Shown here: in pieces, positions 1 through 6,507 of the stretch | Layout: every line of letters begins with the position of its first letter | How positions within the stretch are numbered: the stretch's first letter is position 1 | From: a virus | Taxonomy: Duplodnaviria; Caudoviricetes | DNA: 27,965 bases | Strand: one strand, 5' to 3' | IMG/VR virus record: IMGVR_UViG_3300020042_001076 | Coordinates: 1 to 27,965 of that record | The notes under the pieces: generated by a model | Told to the model about the DNA's origin: nothing | What the model saw: only the letters and a program-made list of their open reading frames with translations | Databases searched by the model: none | Program-made: the position numbers and the translations under genes

Positions 1-358
1 CGTACCCTTCCAGCGATTTAATCGAGTCAGCGGTGTGGTTCTGCATACCTTGGAAAATAATCGCACCATCGCCCTTTTTGGACTTGATGACCGAATCCTG
101 TACGGCAAAGTATGCGCCAGCGTTCATGGCCTCAATTTTTGTCTCCAGCAACCGCTTGACGGATTGGTTAAGTGACTTCTGTATTTCCCGCACGCAAACG
201 CTTCTGCGCTTTTGGTCAAGGATGTGGCCTTCAATCATTAACTCGGCAAAGGTGTGGGACTTGCCGCTTCCTCGCCCACCCCATGCGCCCTTATACCGAC
301 TGGGTTCCAGCAAAGGCAATGCCCACTCAGGGGTTTGAATTTGCAGGGTTTTACCCAT
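1..358 (-). CDS. terL: Terminase large subunit, PBSX-like, 5' part only (runs off the left edge; not in ORF track)
   Basis: Manual translation from ATG 358: MGKTLQIQTPEWALPLLEPSRYKGAWGGRGSGKSHTFAE...VCVREIQKSLNQSVKRLLE...IIFQGMQNHTADSIKSLEG. Walker A GGRGSGKS; overlaps the terS stop by 8 nt. Confidence 0.95.
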   Translation of the reverse strand, partial: MGKTLQIQTPEWALPLLEPSRYKGAWGGRGSGKSHTFAELMIEGHILDQKRRSVCVREIQKSLNQSVKRLLETKIEAMNAGAYFAVQDSVIKSKKGDGAIIFQGMQNHTADSIKSLEGY

Positions 359-776
359 TTTTGATAACTACACGCTCAATCTTGGTGAACTCCAGCGGCA
401 CACCGTCTGCGCCAGTTAGCTCATGCTTTTGGGTTTCTGCCCATCGCATCTGAGTCTTTGACCACCAAATAGCCGCAGTCGTGTCGCCTGCCATTACCTT
501 TTGGAATAGCGTCTTGCCCACTTGAGCGTTTGCTTTAGATTTGCCGCTTACCAGCTCTGAACTGAAATGCGCCCTCAGTGTGTCAATGTGTATGCCATCA
601 CGCACCAGTGCGCCAATCTGCTCAATGGGCAAGCCGTAGCCTGACAGTGCTTCTACCTGTTTGCGCTCGGCAGCAGTCGGCTCAAAGGCTGGTCTGCCAG
701 CGCCTGGTCGAGCGCCACCTTTGTTATGTGGCTTTTCAAGTGTGGGTTTTTCAATGGCTTGTTTCTTGCTTCTCAT
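351..776 (-). CDS. terS: Terminase small subunit (HTH)
   Basis: GGARPGAGRP N-terminus, HTH-like middle, GDTTAAIWWSK and ELTGADG motifs; directly upstream of terL. Confidence 0.85.
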   Translation of the reverse strand: MRSKKQAIEKPTLEKPHNKGGARPGAGRPAFEPTAAERKQVEALSGYGLPIEQIGALVRDGIHIDTLRAHFSSELVSGKSKANAQVGKTLFQKVMAGDTTAAIWWSKTQMRWAETQKHELTGADGVPLEFTKIERVVIKNG

Positions 777-2001
777 GCGTAACCTCCGCGAAAGGTTGTC
801 CAGTTTCTGCGTGAGTTGCTATTTTACCCGTGAAATCTTGCCAACGCTTAACTATTACATCGCAATACTTTGGATCGAGTTCCATGCTGCGATTGATGCG
901 GTTTGTTTTCTCACAGGCAATCAGGGTGCTGCCGCTACCGCCAAATAGGTCAAGAACTGTATCGCCTACCTTACTACTATTGCCAAAAGCACGTTCAGCC
1001 AATTCAACTGGTTTTTGCGTTGGGTGATGTTCATTTTTTGGGCATCGCTTTATATCCCAAACACTTACTTCATTATTTGGCCCAGCCCAATACGGTGCAT
1101 GACCTTTCTTAAAACAATATAAACAAGGTTCATGCTTTGATTTGTACTGTGCACCAATAGCTCCAAACTGCGCAACATTCTTATTCCATATTAAAGTATT
1201 TCGCACCTCATAACCCGCAGCCGTAACCGCAGCCGTAACCGCAGCCGACTTGCTGTCACTAAACCACAAATAAACTGCTGCCCCATCTTTTGATGCCAAG
1301 TAAATAATTGGCATTACTCCATCATATATTTCTGGAGTTGCGTCATTTTTTAGTTTCTCGCGCCTTTTTCCCTTTACCGCATGACCGCCATCATAATTCA
1401 CACCATAAGGAGGGTCAGTAAATACCATGTCGGCTTTCTGCCCGTCCATTAACTTATCCACCGCATCGATGCTGGTCGAGTCACCACACATCAGCCGATG
1501 CTTACCCAACAGCCAAACATCACCAAGCACAGTGACCGGCTGCTCTGGCACTTCAGGAACTGCATCCTCATCGGTCAGCCCAGCCTCAATCACCTCGGGC
1601 CTTAAGGCTGCAATCTCATCGGCTGTAAATCCAGTCAGGTCAAGGTCAAACCCTAATTCTCCAATCTCCTCTAACTCCAGCGCAAGCATCTCATTATCCC
1701 ACCCGGCATTTAGCGCCAGCTTGTTGTCTGCCAGCACATAAGCCCGCTTCTTGGCCTCACTCCAGCCTTTTGCAACCATTACAGGCACTTCAACCATTCC
1801 CAGCTTTTGTGCTGCCAATGTGCGCCCATGCCCTGCAATAATGCCGCCTTGCTCATCCACCAGCACTGGTGTGGTCCAGCCCCACTCCTTAATGCTTGCC
1901 GCAATCTGTGCGACTTGCTCATCGCTATGGGTTCTTGCGTTTCTTGCATAGGGGATAAGTTTACTTATCTTCCACTTTTCCACCTTATCTGCTGGGTTCA
2001 T
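751..2001 (-). CDS. ParB-like N-terminal domain fused to an N4/N6 DNA methyltransferase (beta-class order)
   Basis: LIPYARNARTH...IIAGHGR...LADNK (ParB/Srx-like); HRLMCGDS, TDPPY, HPTQKPV and DLFGGSGST motifs. Confidence 0.92.
   Translation of the reverse strand: MNPADKVEKWKISKLIPYARNARTHSDEQVAQIAASIKEWGWTTPVLVDEQGGIIAGHGRTLAAQKLGMVEVPVMVAKGWSEAKKRAYVLADNKLALNAGWDNEMLALELEEIGELGFDLDLTGFTADEIAALRPEVIEAGLTDEDAVPEVPEQPVTVLGDVWLLGKHRLMCGDSTSIDAVDKLMDGQKADMVFTDPPYGVNYDGGHAVKGKRREKLKNDATPEIYDGVMPIIYLASKDGAAVYLWFSDSKSAAVTAAVTAAGYEVRNTLIWNKNVAQFGAIGAQYKSKHEPCLYCFKKGHAPYWAGPNNEVSVWDIKRCPKNEHHPTQKPVELAERAFGNSSKVGDTVLDLFGGSGSTLIACEKTNRINRSMELDPKYCDVIVKRWQDFTGKIATHAETGQPFAEVTHEKQETSH
1215..1247. repeat. 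12-bp tandem repeat, 2.75 copies, inside the MTase gene
   Basis: ccgcagccgtaa ccgcagccgtaa ccgcagccg; encodes AAVT-AAVT-AA. Confidence 0.9.
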
Positions 2002-2318
2002 GCGGTCTCCGTTAGTTTAGGTAAGTTTACAGGCCAATCAGCCTCAAGTGCCTTAATCGTTGCTTTGTGTGCATCCATCCACATTTTCTGTCGTTCTTCT
2101 TTGCTTAGGTCTTTGCCTTGGTCAACCTCGTAATGGCATTTCAGGCACAGCGCAGCCACTTGATTGTCATCAGCCTTGATACCCCTACCTTTGCCGCTGC
2201 CCCAGTTTGTGTGGGCTGCTTGGACCATGTGACCTGACCCACAGGCTTGACAATCAAGACTTGCTACCATCTTTAATAGCTTTTTGCTTCGAACGTAGGG
2301 GTGCTTGGAAATCATCAT
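1998..2318 (-). CDS. DUF968/DUF1364-like Zn-binding HNH-fold putative nuclease
   Basis: RSKKLL..VASLDCQACG...AAH...GKGRGIKADD..VAALCLKCH..VDQG pattern; ATGA-coupled at both ends. Confidence 0.7.
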   Translation of the reverse strand: MMISKHPYVRSKKLLKMVASLDCQACGSGHMVQAAHTNWGSGKGRGIKADDNQVAALCLKCHYEVDQGKDLSKEERQKMWMDAHKATIKALEADWPVNLPKLTETA

Positions 2319-2581
2319 CTTGAGGGCATATTCTTTTGAATCAGCAAAGATTCCACGGCATCAATTAGACTCATAGATGCCTCAATATTGAGACAATACC
2401 CATTAACTTTGCAGTCCAGCCACAACTCGTCTTTTTCTTTTTCGGTTAACCATTCCCATCTAGGGGCTTCAACAACCGGGCCAAACATCTCCCTGCGTCC
2501 GCAAGAATTGCAAGTCCAAACCTGTCGATTACCGGATAAATCGTGTACTCGAATTACATCACCGCATTGGCACTGTCTCAT
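2315..2581 (-). CDS. Hypothetical Zn-ribbon protein
   Basis: Start moved to ATG 2581 (ATGA overlap with upstream stop); CQC...WTCNSC. Confidence 0.6.
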   Translation of the reverse strand: MRQCQCGDVIRVHDLSGNRQVWTCNSCGRREMFGPVVEAPRWEWLTEKEKDELWLDCKVNGYCLNIEASMSLIDAVESLLIQKNMPSR

Positions 2582-2907
2582 TGATGACTCCTGTCTTGCA
2601 TCCGGTTGGTTGCTTCCCTTGTTCGCCAAATTTCAACATCTAATCTTGCAGCCTCAATTTCCCAACGCAAAGTTTCTTCTTTTTCGATTGCCGCCGCTAA
2701 ACCCTTGAGTAATTGCAAATATGCTGGGTCTGCATATGCTTCCCGTTCCTGTGCATTTGCCGCCTCATAACCCATCTCAAGTGCGTTTTTCATCAGCAAG
2801 GCTTTTTTGGATTTTCTGAATTCATCAAGGTAAACCCTTTGCGCCTTGGCTTCACCGTAAGCTGGGGCTTTGTCTCTAATCGTTTGGGCTGCTTCTTCGG
2901 GTTTCAT
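2578..2907 (-). CDS. Phage helical/coiled-coil hypothetical protein
   Basis: 109 aa, coupled to both neighbours; AKAQRVYLDEFRKSKKALLM...EREAYADP. Confidence 0.75.
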   Translation of the reverse strand: MKPEEAAQTIRDKAPAYGEAKAQRVYLDEFRKSKKALLMKNALEMGYEAANAQEREAYADPAYLQLLKGLAAAIEKEETLRWEIEAARLDVEIWRTREATNRMQDRSHQ

Positions 2908-3326
2908 TTTGCCTCCATGATTGCTACATCTACACCAGCCACCGCCGAATAAACTTTTTTCAGGTTCAATTCAATCACTTGGGTATCGTCAAGGTACACC
3001 GTGCCATTCATTGCATCCAAGAATGCTTTTGCAATATTATCGATGTCGGGTTTCTTTGCAGGGCGCTCAGAACCGCTTAAACAAGCCTCTGTGCGCTTTT
3101 TTGAGTATGACTGCGGCACAGGTAGCCTGATGTACAAAAACACGCTTACAGGCGCTTCTAGTGGCTTTTGTGTACCCATTGCTTTGCTGGCATACGCTTG
3201 AATTGCGGTTTCGTAATCAAGAGTGGCTTGGTCGGTGTAAACCTTTGTGAACTTTCCATGTCGGGAAAACCTCGGCCTGCCTTTGCCCTTGGGTTCCAGC
3301 GGTACATCAAAGACGATTGACATCAT
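2904..3326 (-). CDS. rusA: RusA-like Holliday junction resolvase
   Basis: PKGKGRPRF; KKPDIDNIAKAFLDAMNG..YLDDTQV catalytic Asp motif; start at ATG 3326 or 3323, overlapping the upstream stop. Confidence 0.92.
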   Translation of the reverse strand: MMSIVFDVPLEPKGKGRPRFSRHGKFTKVYTDQATLDYETAIQAYASKAMGTQKPLEAPVSVFLYIRLPVPQSYSKKRTEACLSGSERPAKKPDIDNIAKAFLDAMNGTVYLDDTQVIELNLKKVYSAVAGVDVAIMEAK

Positions 3327-3585
3327 GTCGCTGCCTCTGCATCTCTGCAATCAAGGTATCTAGACCAGCCTGCCCACGCCGCTTCTTTATGCCCAGCTTC
3401 ACACCCTCCCACCAAGCCTGTGCTTGCTGTTTCCCTGTTTCCTTCACTTTCAAGCGGTATCGGTGCAGCCATTCTTTCGCCTCGGTCTGGCTCAAGGTCT
3501 CCAGCATCTTGCAACGCTCGGTTGATGTCAGCAAGGCTAAATTCTTGGCCTTCCCGTCTTCGGTCAAGTAGGTTTTTGTGGTCAT
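3307..3585 (-). CDS. Hypothetical protein (frame B, overlapping; alternative start ATG 3507)
   Basis: EAKEWLHRYR...AWWEGVKLGIKKRRGQAGLDTLIAEM, a protein-like amphipathic pattern. Confidence 0.5.
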   Translation of the reverse strand: MTTKTYLTEDGKAKNLALLTSTERCKMLETLSQTEAKEWLHRYRLKVKETGKQQAQAWWEGVKLGIKKRRGQAGLDTLIAEMQRQRHDVNRL

Positions 3586-3589
3586 ACAT
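3323..3589 (-). CDS. Hypothetical protein (frame A of dual-coding segment)
   Basis: MYDHKNLLDRRREG...INRALQDAGDL; TGATG overlap with upstream stop at 3589-3591 and ATGA overlap with rusA. Confidence 0.6.
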   Translation of the reverse strand: MYDHKNLLDRRREGQEFSLADINRALQDAGDLEPDRGERMAAPIPLESEGNRETASTGLVGGCEAGHKEAAWAGWSRYLDCRDAEAAT

Positions 3590-3777
3590 CAAAACACCTC
3601 ATCATCTTGCCAGTGCTGGACTGGTGGCTGCGTGAATGTTGCCGCCGCAATATCTCTTGCAGTAGCTGGCTTTTTGTCTGACCATTGATGCTTCGAGCAT
3701 TTTGGGGCTTCAATCTTCACCGACCAAGGATTTTGACAGCCAGGCACTGAGCATTTGAGTTTTTCTAGTTCGTCCAT
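3589..3777 (-). CDS. Small Cys/His hypothetical protein
   Basis: CSVPGC...CSKH; overlaps both neighbours. Confidence 0.65.
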   Translation of the reverse strand: MDELEKLKCSVPGCQNPWSVKIEAPKCSKHQWSDKKPATARDIAAATFTQPPVQHWQDDEVF

Positions 3778-4136
3778 TTTGCCCTCATTTCTTTGAGTTT
3801 CCTTCTAGCTTCGGCAACCACTTCAGGGTCAACAGGTGTTGGCTTGTGTTCAAGCTGGGCTTGATTTGTTGGGATGTTTGGCCCTGCATTGCAAAAGTCT
3901 CGAAAAGTTATTGCGCTTGGCGGGAATTCACCCTTGAGTCGGTCAATGGCGTAGTCCATGCTGGGTCGGTAAGTTAAAAATCGCCCAAGCTGCTGTTTCC
4001 ATTCTTGCCGCACAAGCTCATGGTCTACCCCTTCCCAATGCCTCAAAAATGCTGCCCCGTAAATTGCACTCATGCGACCAAAGGTGTAATCCAGCCCTTC
4101 GTCTTGGGTGCAATCATTATTTGAGTAATTTGACAT
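3765..4136 (-). CDS. Lambda P-like replication protein (putative helicase loader)
   Basis: GGAGG RBS before ATG 4136; F.RM.AIYG..F..HW...EW...FPPS..TF..FC pattern; follows the initiator gene. Confidence 0.6.
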   Translation of the reverse strand: MSNYSNNDCTQDEGLDYTFGRMSAIYGAAFLRHWEGVDHELVRQEWKQQLGRFLTYRPSMDYAIDRLKGEFPPSAITFRDFCNAGPNIPTNQAQLEHKPTPVDPEVVAEARRKLKEMRAKWTN

Positions 4137-4836
4137 TGCTTTGCCCTCCAAGTAATCCGCGTGTTAACCCATGTAGCACAGTTGCGTTGCGTTGTCCCGC
4201 TTTTGTCAAACCATTTTGCGTTTGTTTTTCAGCAACCCATGAGGCTTCAAACCCCTGCCAACCACGAGCACAACAAGTTTCTAAGGCTTGTTCTAAAGTT
4301 AACCCTGCTTTTTGCGATTCACGCTGAATAATTTTTAAAGCGGTTTCGGTAAAAGGTTTTTTAACTTTGTTTCTGATAACAATGAAGTCATCCCAAACTG
4401 ATTGAGAAACACCAACAGGGCAAGCAACGTTAGTTGCTTTCTCTTTTATTGTTTTATGGTTGTTAGTTTTTGGTTTATCGTTTATGGTTGCCTTAGCGAT
4501 GGGTTGCGAGTCGGTAGCCACTGGGTTCTTTTTGCGACCACCAAGGCGACCATTTGCCCTATTTTTCTCAGCCATTGCATGATATTGCTCAATGATTAAT
4601 TCGCATCTAGCGTGATACCACCCAGCTTCAGTCAAATTAAACATATCATGTAAAACCGAATTAACCACTTGGGTATCCAAACGCAACCGCTTGGCAACCC
4701 ACTGGGTATCCAATGGGATTAGGCTTTCAGTGTCGTAATACATATCCAATAATCGGCGGTATGCCAAATCTTCTTCATTGGATAAATGCGCTGTAGCGGC
4801 TTTGTAATCGCCTATATGGAATTGATAATAGTGCAT
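4117..4836 (-). CDS. DUF1376 (YdaU-like) replication initiator
   Basis: MHYYQFHIGDY..AT.HLS.EE..AYRRLLD.YY..E; NG..GGR; C-terminal WDDF..IR...K.P.T....C.RGWQGF. Confidence 0.85.
   Translation of the reverse strand: MHYYQFHIGDYKAATAHLSNEEDLAYRRLLDMYYDTESLIPLDTQWVAKRLRLDTQVVNSVLHDMFNLTEAGWYHARCELIIEQYHAMAEKNRANGRLGGRKKNPVATDSQPIAKATINDKPKTNNHKTIKEKATNVACPVGVSQSVWDDFIVIRNKVKKPFTETALKIIQRESQKAGLTLEQALETCCARGWQGFEASWVAEKQTQNGLTKAGQRNATVLHGLTRGLLGGQSNVKLLK
4441..4713. promoter_or_regulatory. Putative replication origin inside the initiator gene (iteron-like repeats plus T-rich tract)
   Basis: ccac(t)tgggt at about 4518, 4665 and 4699 (the last two extend to gggtatccaa); strand-asymmetric T-rich tract 4441-4490. 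Confidence 0.4.
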
Positions 4837-5069
4837 CAAGGCCGCCAGTCTGCAAAGCCATGCACTTGCAAAACAAGGAATCTTTCGGTTTGGCAGTTTT
4901 TTGCAAGCCGTGTGGCTTCTTTTAATGCCGCATCAAATGAGTCTTGGTAACAGGTAAACCTGAACGACTTTGTTGATCTAGCTTGCCGCATAACGACAAA
5001 CTTTAAAGCTATGTTTTCAAGGGGAATGTCGCCAATGGGTTTTGGCTTTTTGAGGGTGAGTGTTGCCAC
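4836..5069 (-). CDS. Hypothetical protein
   Basis: GTG start with TAAGG RBS 7 nt upstream; TGATG coupling to the initiator. Confidence 0.7.
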   Translation of the reverse strand: MATLTLKKPKPIGDIPLENIALKFVVMRQARSTKSFRFTCYQDSFDAALKEATRLAKNCQTERFLVLQVHGFADWRP

Positions 5070-5103
5070 GATTTAACCTTACTGATGTCGGTTGCTGATA
5101 CTG

Positions 5104-5163
5104 AAACACTGGCGGCAGGACGGTATCAGAATCGTCTTTTCGGGAGCTACCCTAGCCGTGTTT
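5104..5163 (-). ncRNA. C4/c4-2-like structured phage RNA
   Basis: AAACAC GGCUA GGGUAGCUCCC GAAAAG ACG AUUCUGAUAC CGU CCUGCC GCCA GUGUUU: closing stem with two hairpins, begins 7 nt after a TATAAT; loop complementary to downstream GUAUCAG. Confidence 0.6.
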
Positions 5164-5169
5164 GATGCA

Positions 5170-5199
5170 ATTATAAATCAATAACAGTTTGTGTTGCAA
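5170..5199 (-). promoter_or_regulatory. Sigma70-type promoter for the C4-like RNA and replication operon
   Basis: TTGCAA (5199-5194) - 18 nt - TATAAT (5175-5170). Confidence 0.65.
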
Positions 5200-5327
5200 T
5201 TATTTCCATAGCAACAGGTGGTGCAAGTGACATACCGACCATTTGCATAGTAGGTATGTGTTGAGCAAGCCGCCCAGACCATTGTCGTGCTGGCAGCAAA
5301 CCAAAGTGCAATCAGTGCTTTTTTCAT
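5178..5327 (-). CDS. Secreted cysteine-rich mini-protein, 49 aa (not in ORF track)
   Basis: MKKALIALWFAASTTMVWA-ACSTHTYYANGRYVTCTTCCYGNNCNTNCY; GGAGG RBS; ATGA overlap with the cro stop. Confidence 0.85.
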   Translation of the reverse strand: MKKALIALWFAASTTMVWAACSTHTYYANGRYVTCTTCCYGNNCNTNCY

Positions 5328-5491
5328 GTTTCCTCCGTTAAAAACCAATCAGGCTTCAAGTCCTTAAGCTGGCGCAAACGCAACTCAGGGATTTGTGCCT
5401 TCCACTGGCAGACCGCAGGCTTGCTGATGCCCAAAAGCCTCGCAAGCTCGCTCTGTGACCCTGCCAATTTGATAAGCTGTTCTTTTGTCAT
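5324..5491 (-). CDS. cro: Cro-like HTH regulator, 55 aa (not in ORF track)
   Basis: MTKEQLIKLAGSQSELARLLGISKPAVCQWKAQIPELRLRQLKDLKPDWFLTEET; typical Cro HTH; first gene of the leftward operon. Confidence 0.88.
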   Translation of the reverse strand: MTKEQLIKLAGSQSELARLLGISKPAVCQWKAQIPELRLRQLKDLKPDWFLTEET

Positions 5492-5497
5492 TGCGGC

Positions 5498-5582
5498 ATT
5501 GTAACTTGGATTAACTTAAAAGCAACATTAGGGAAAGTCCCTATAAAAAACCCTTTACAGGCAGTTAACTTTGCTTAATAAT
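5498..5582. promoter_or_regulatory. Divergent promoter pair with two operator-like repeats and a central palindrome
   Basis: Leftward TTGCTT-16-TACAAT (5525-5498); rightward TTTACA-17-AATAAT (5554-5582); TAACTTKGMTTAA at 5502-5514 and 5566-5578; TAGGG-N5-CCCTA at 5529-5543. Confidence 0.65.
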
Positions 5583-5630
5583 GCACCCATGCCCCAGCAA
5601 TTCCGCACAGGGTCTTTAAGGAAAAGCAAG

Positions 5631-6080
5631 ATGAATGTAACTAAACAAATTCGCGGCAATTGCCAATGCTGCGGTCGCCAACAAGCTGTTGTTGGTGGCT
5701 TAATGTCCAAGCATGGTTACACAGTAAAAGAAGGCTGGTTTTCTGGTGTTTGCTCTGGTCGCAACTTCCCACCAGTCCAAGTAAGCCGCACCATGACAGA
5801 CAAAATTATTTCTAACATTAGCGCAGAAATACCTGAATTGATTGCCAAAGCTGAAAAAGTAAAGTCTGGTGAACTTACTCCTAAAACTGTAAAAGTTCGG
5901 ATGATGAGCAAAGAAGAAATCCCTTTTGAGCAAGGTGACCTTCGCCAACAAGCAGCCGCCAAAACCAATCTGGAATGGGCCTATCGCAATCGCGCAAGAG
6001 CAGGCCAAGAATTTATCAAGGCAATGACTGAAGTTGCCGATAAATACCACGGCACAGCATTAATTGAAATTGTTAAGTAA
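5631..6080 (+). CDS. Early hypothetical protein with Cys/His motif
   Basis: TAAGGA RBS; GNCQCCGR...HGY...F.GVC.G. Confidence 0.8.
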   Translation: MNVTKQIRGNCQCCGRQQAVVGGLMSKHGYTVKEGWFSGVCSGRNFPPVQVSRTMTDKIISNISAEIPELIAKAEKVKSGELTPKTVKVRMMSKEEIPFEQGDLRQQAAAKTNLEWAYRNRARAGQEFIKAMTEVADKYHGTALIEIVK

Positions 6081-6087
6081 ACCAAAC

Positions 6088-6101
6088 GGGGCGCAAGCCC
6101 C
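6088..6101 (+). other. GNRA-tetraloop hairpin in an intergenic spacer
   Basis: GGGGC-GCAA-GCCCC, no U-tract, followed by an AAGGA RBS. Confidence 0.6.
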
Positions 6102-6115
6102 ACAAAGGAAAAACC

Positions 6116-6232
6116 ATGTTTGACATTGAACACTACAAAAAACCAACCAACTGGGCAAATGTTGCCCTTTGGGTTGTATCCATTGCCGCCCTTGTGGTGG
6201 TTGCATTAGACATTTTTTACTGGAGGGCTTAA
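6116..6232 (+). CDS. Small single-TM membrane protein, 38 aa (not in ORF track)
   Basis: MFDIEHYKKPTNWANVALWVVSIAALVVVALDIFYWRA; AAGGA RBS. Confidence 0.75.
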   Translation: MFDIEHYKKPTNWANVALWVVSIAALVVVALDIFYWRA

Positions 6233-6234
6233 TC

Positions 6235-6507
6235 ATGTATGACGGTGAAGAAGGCGAATTTAGCGAATGGATTGATTCAGTTGGCGAGGTCACAGTTCAG
6301 TGGACTTGGTGCGCTGGAGATGACTGGGAACTTGACGGGTTCTTTGATGTTTTTGTTTTTCAAGGCAAGAACGACATTACCTATGACATCCCAAAAGATG
6401 AACTGGCTTGGTTAGAAGAACAAGTACCACTCTATGCTGGGTACGAGCCACCAAGTCGCCAGCGGGTCAGTCAAGTTATCAATGCGTACTACAACAAAAC
6501 TTTTTAA
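6235..6507 (+). CDS. Acidic hypothetical protein
   Basis: GGAGG RBS before ATG 6235; MYDGEEGEFSEW... Confidence 0.7.
   Translation: MYDGEEGEFSEWIDSVGEVTVQWTWCAGDDWELDGFFDVFVFQGKNDITYDIPKDELAWLEEQVPLYAGYEPPSRQRVSQVINAYYNKTF

Noticed and set aside
33-1951. Several plus-strand ORFs over terL, terS and the MTase
   Set aside because: Shadow ORFs of clear minus-strand genes.
5104-5163. Structured RNA as a tRNA
   Set aside because: Only 60 nt, with no T-loop or D-loop consensus and no anticodon arm geometry.
5591-5614. Weak leader hairpin gccccagc..gcacagggtc as a nut/boxB site
   Set aside because: Pairing is short and interrupted, and no N-like gene or boxA was recognised.
6088-6101. Hairpin as an intrinsic terminator
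   Set aside because: No U-tract on the sense strand; it is followed by an RBS.
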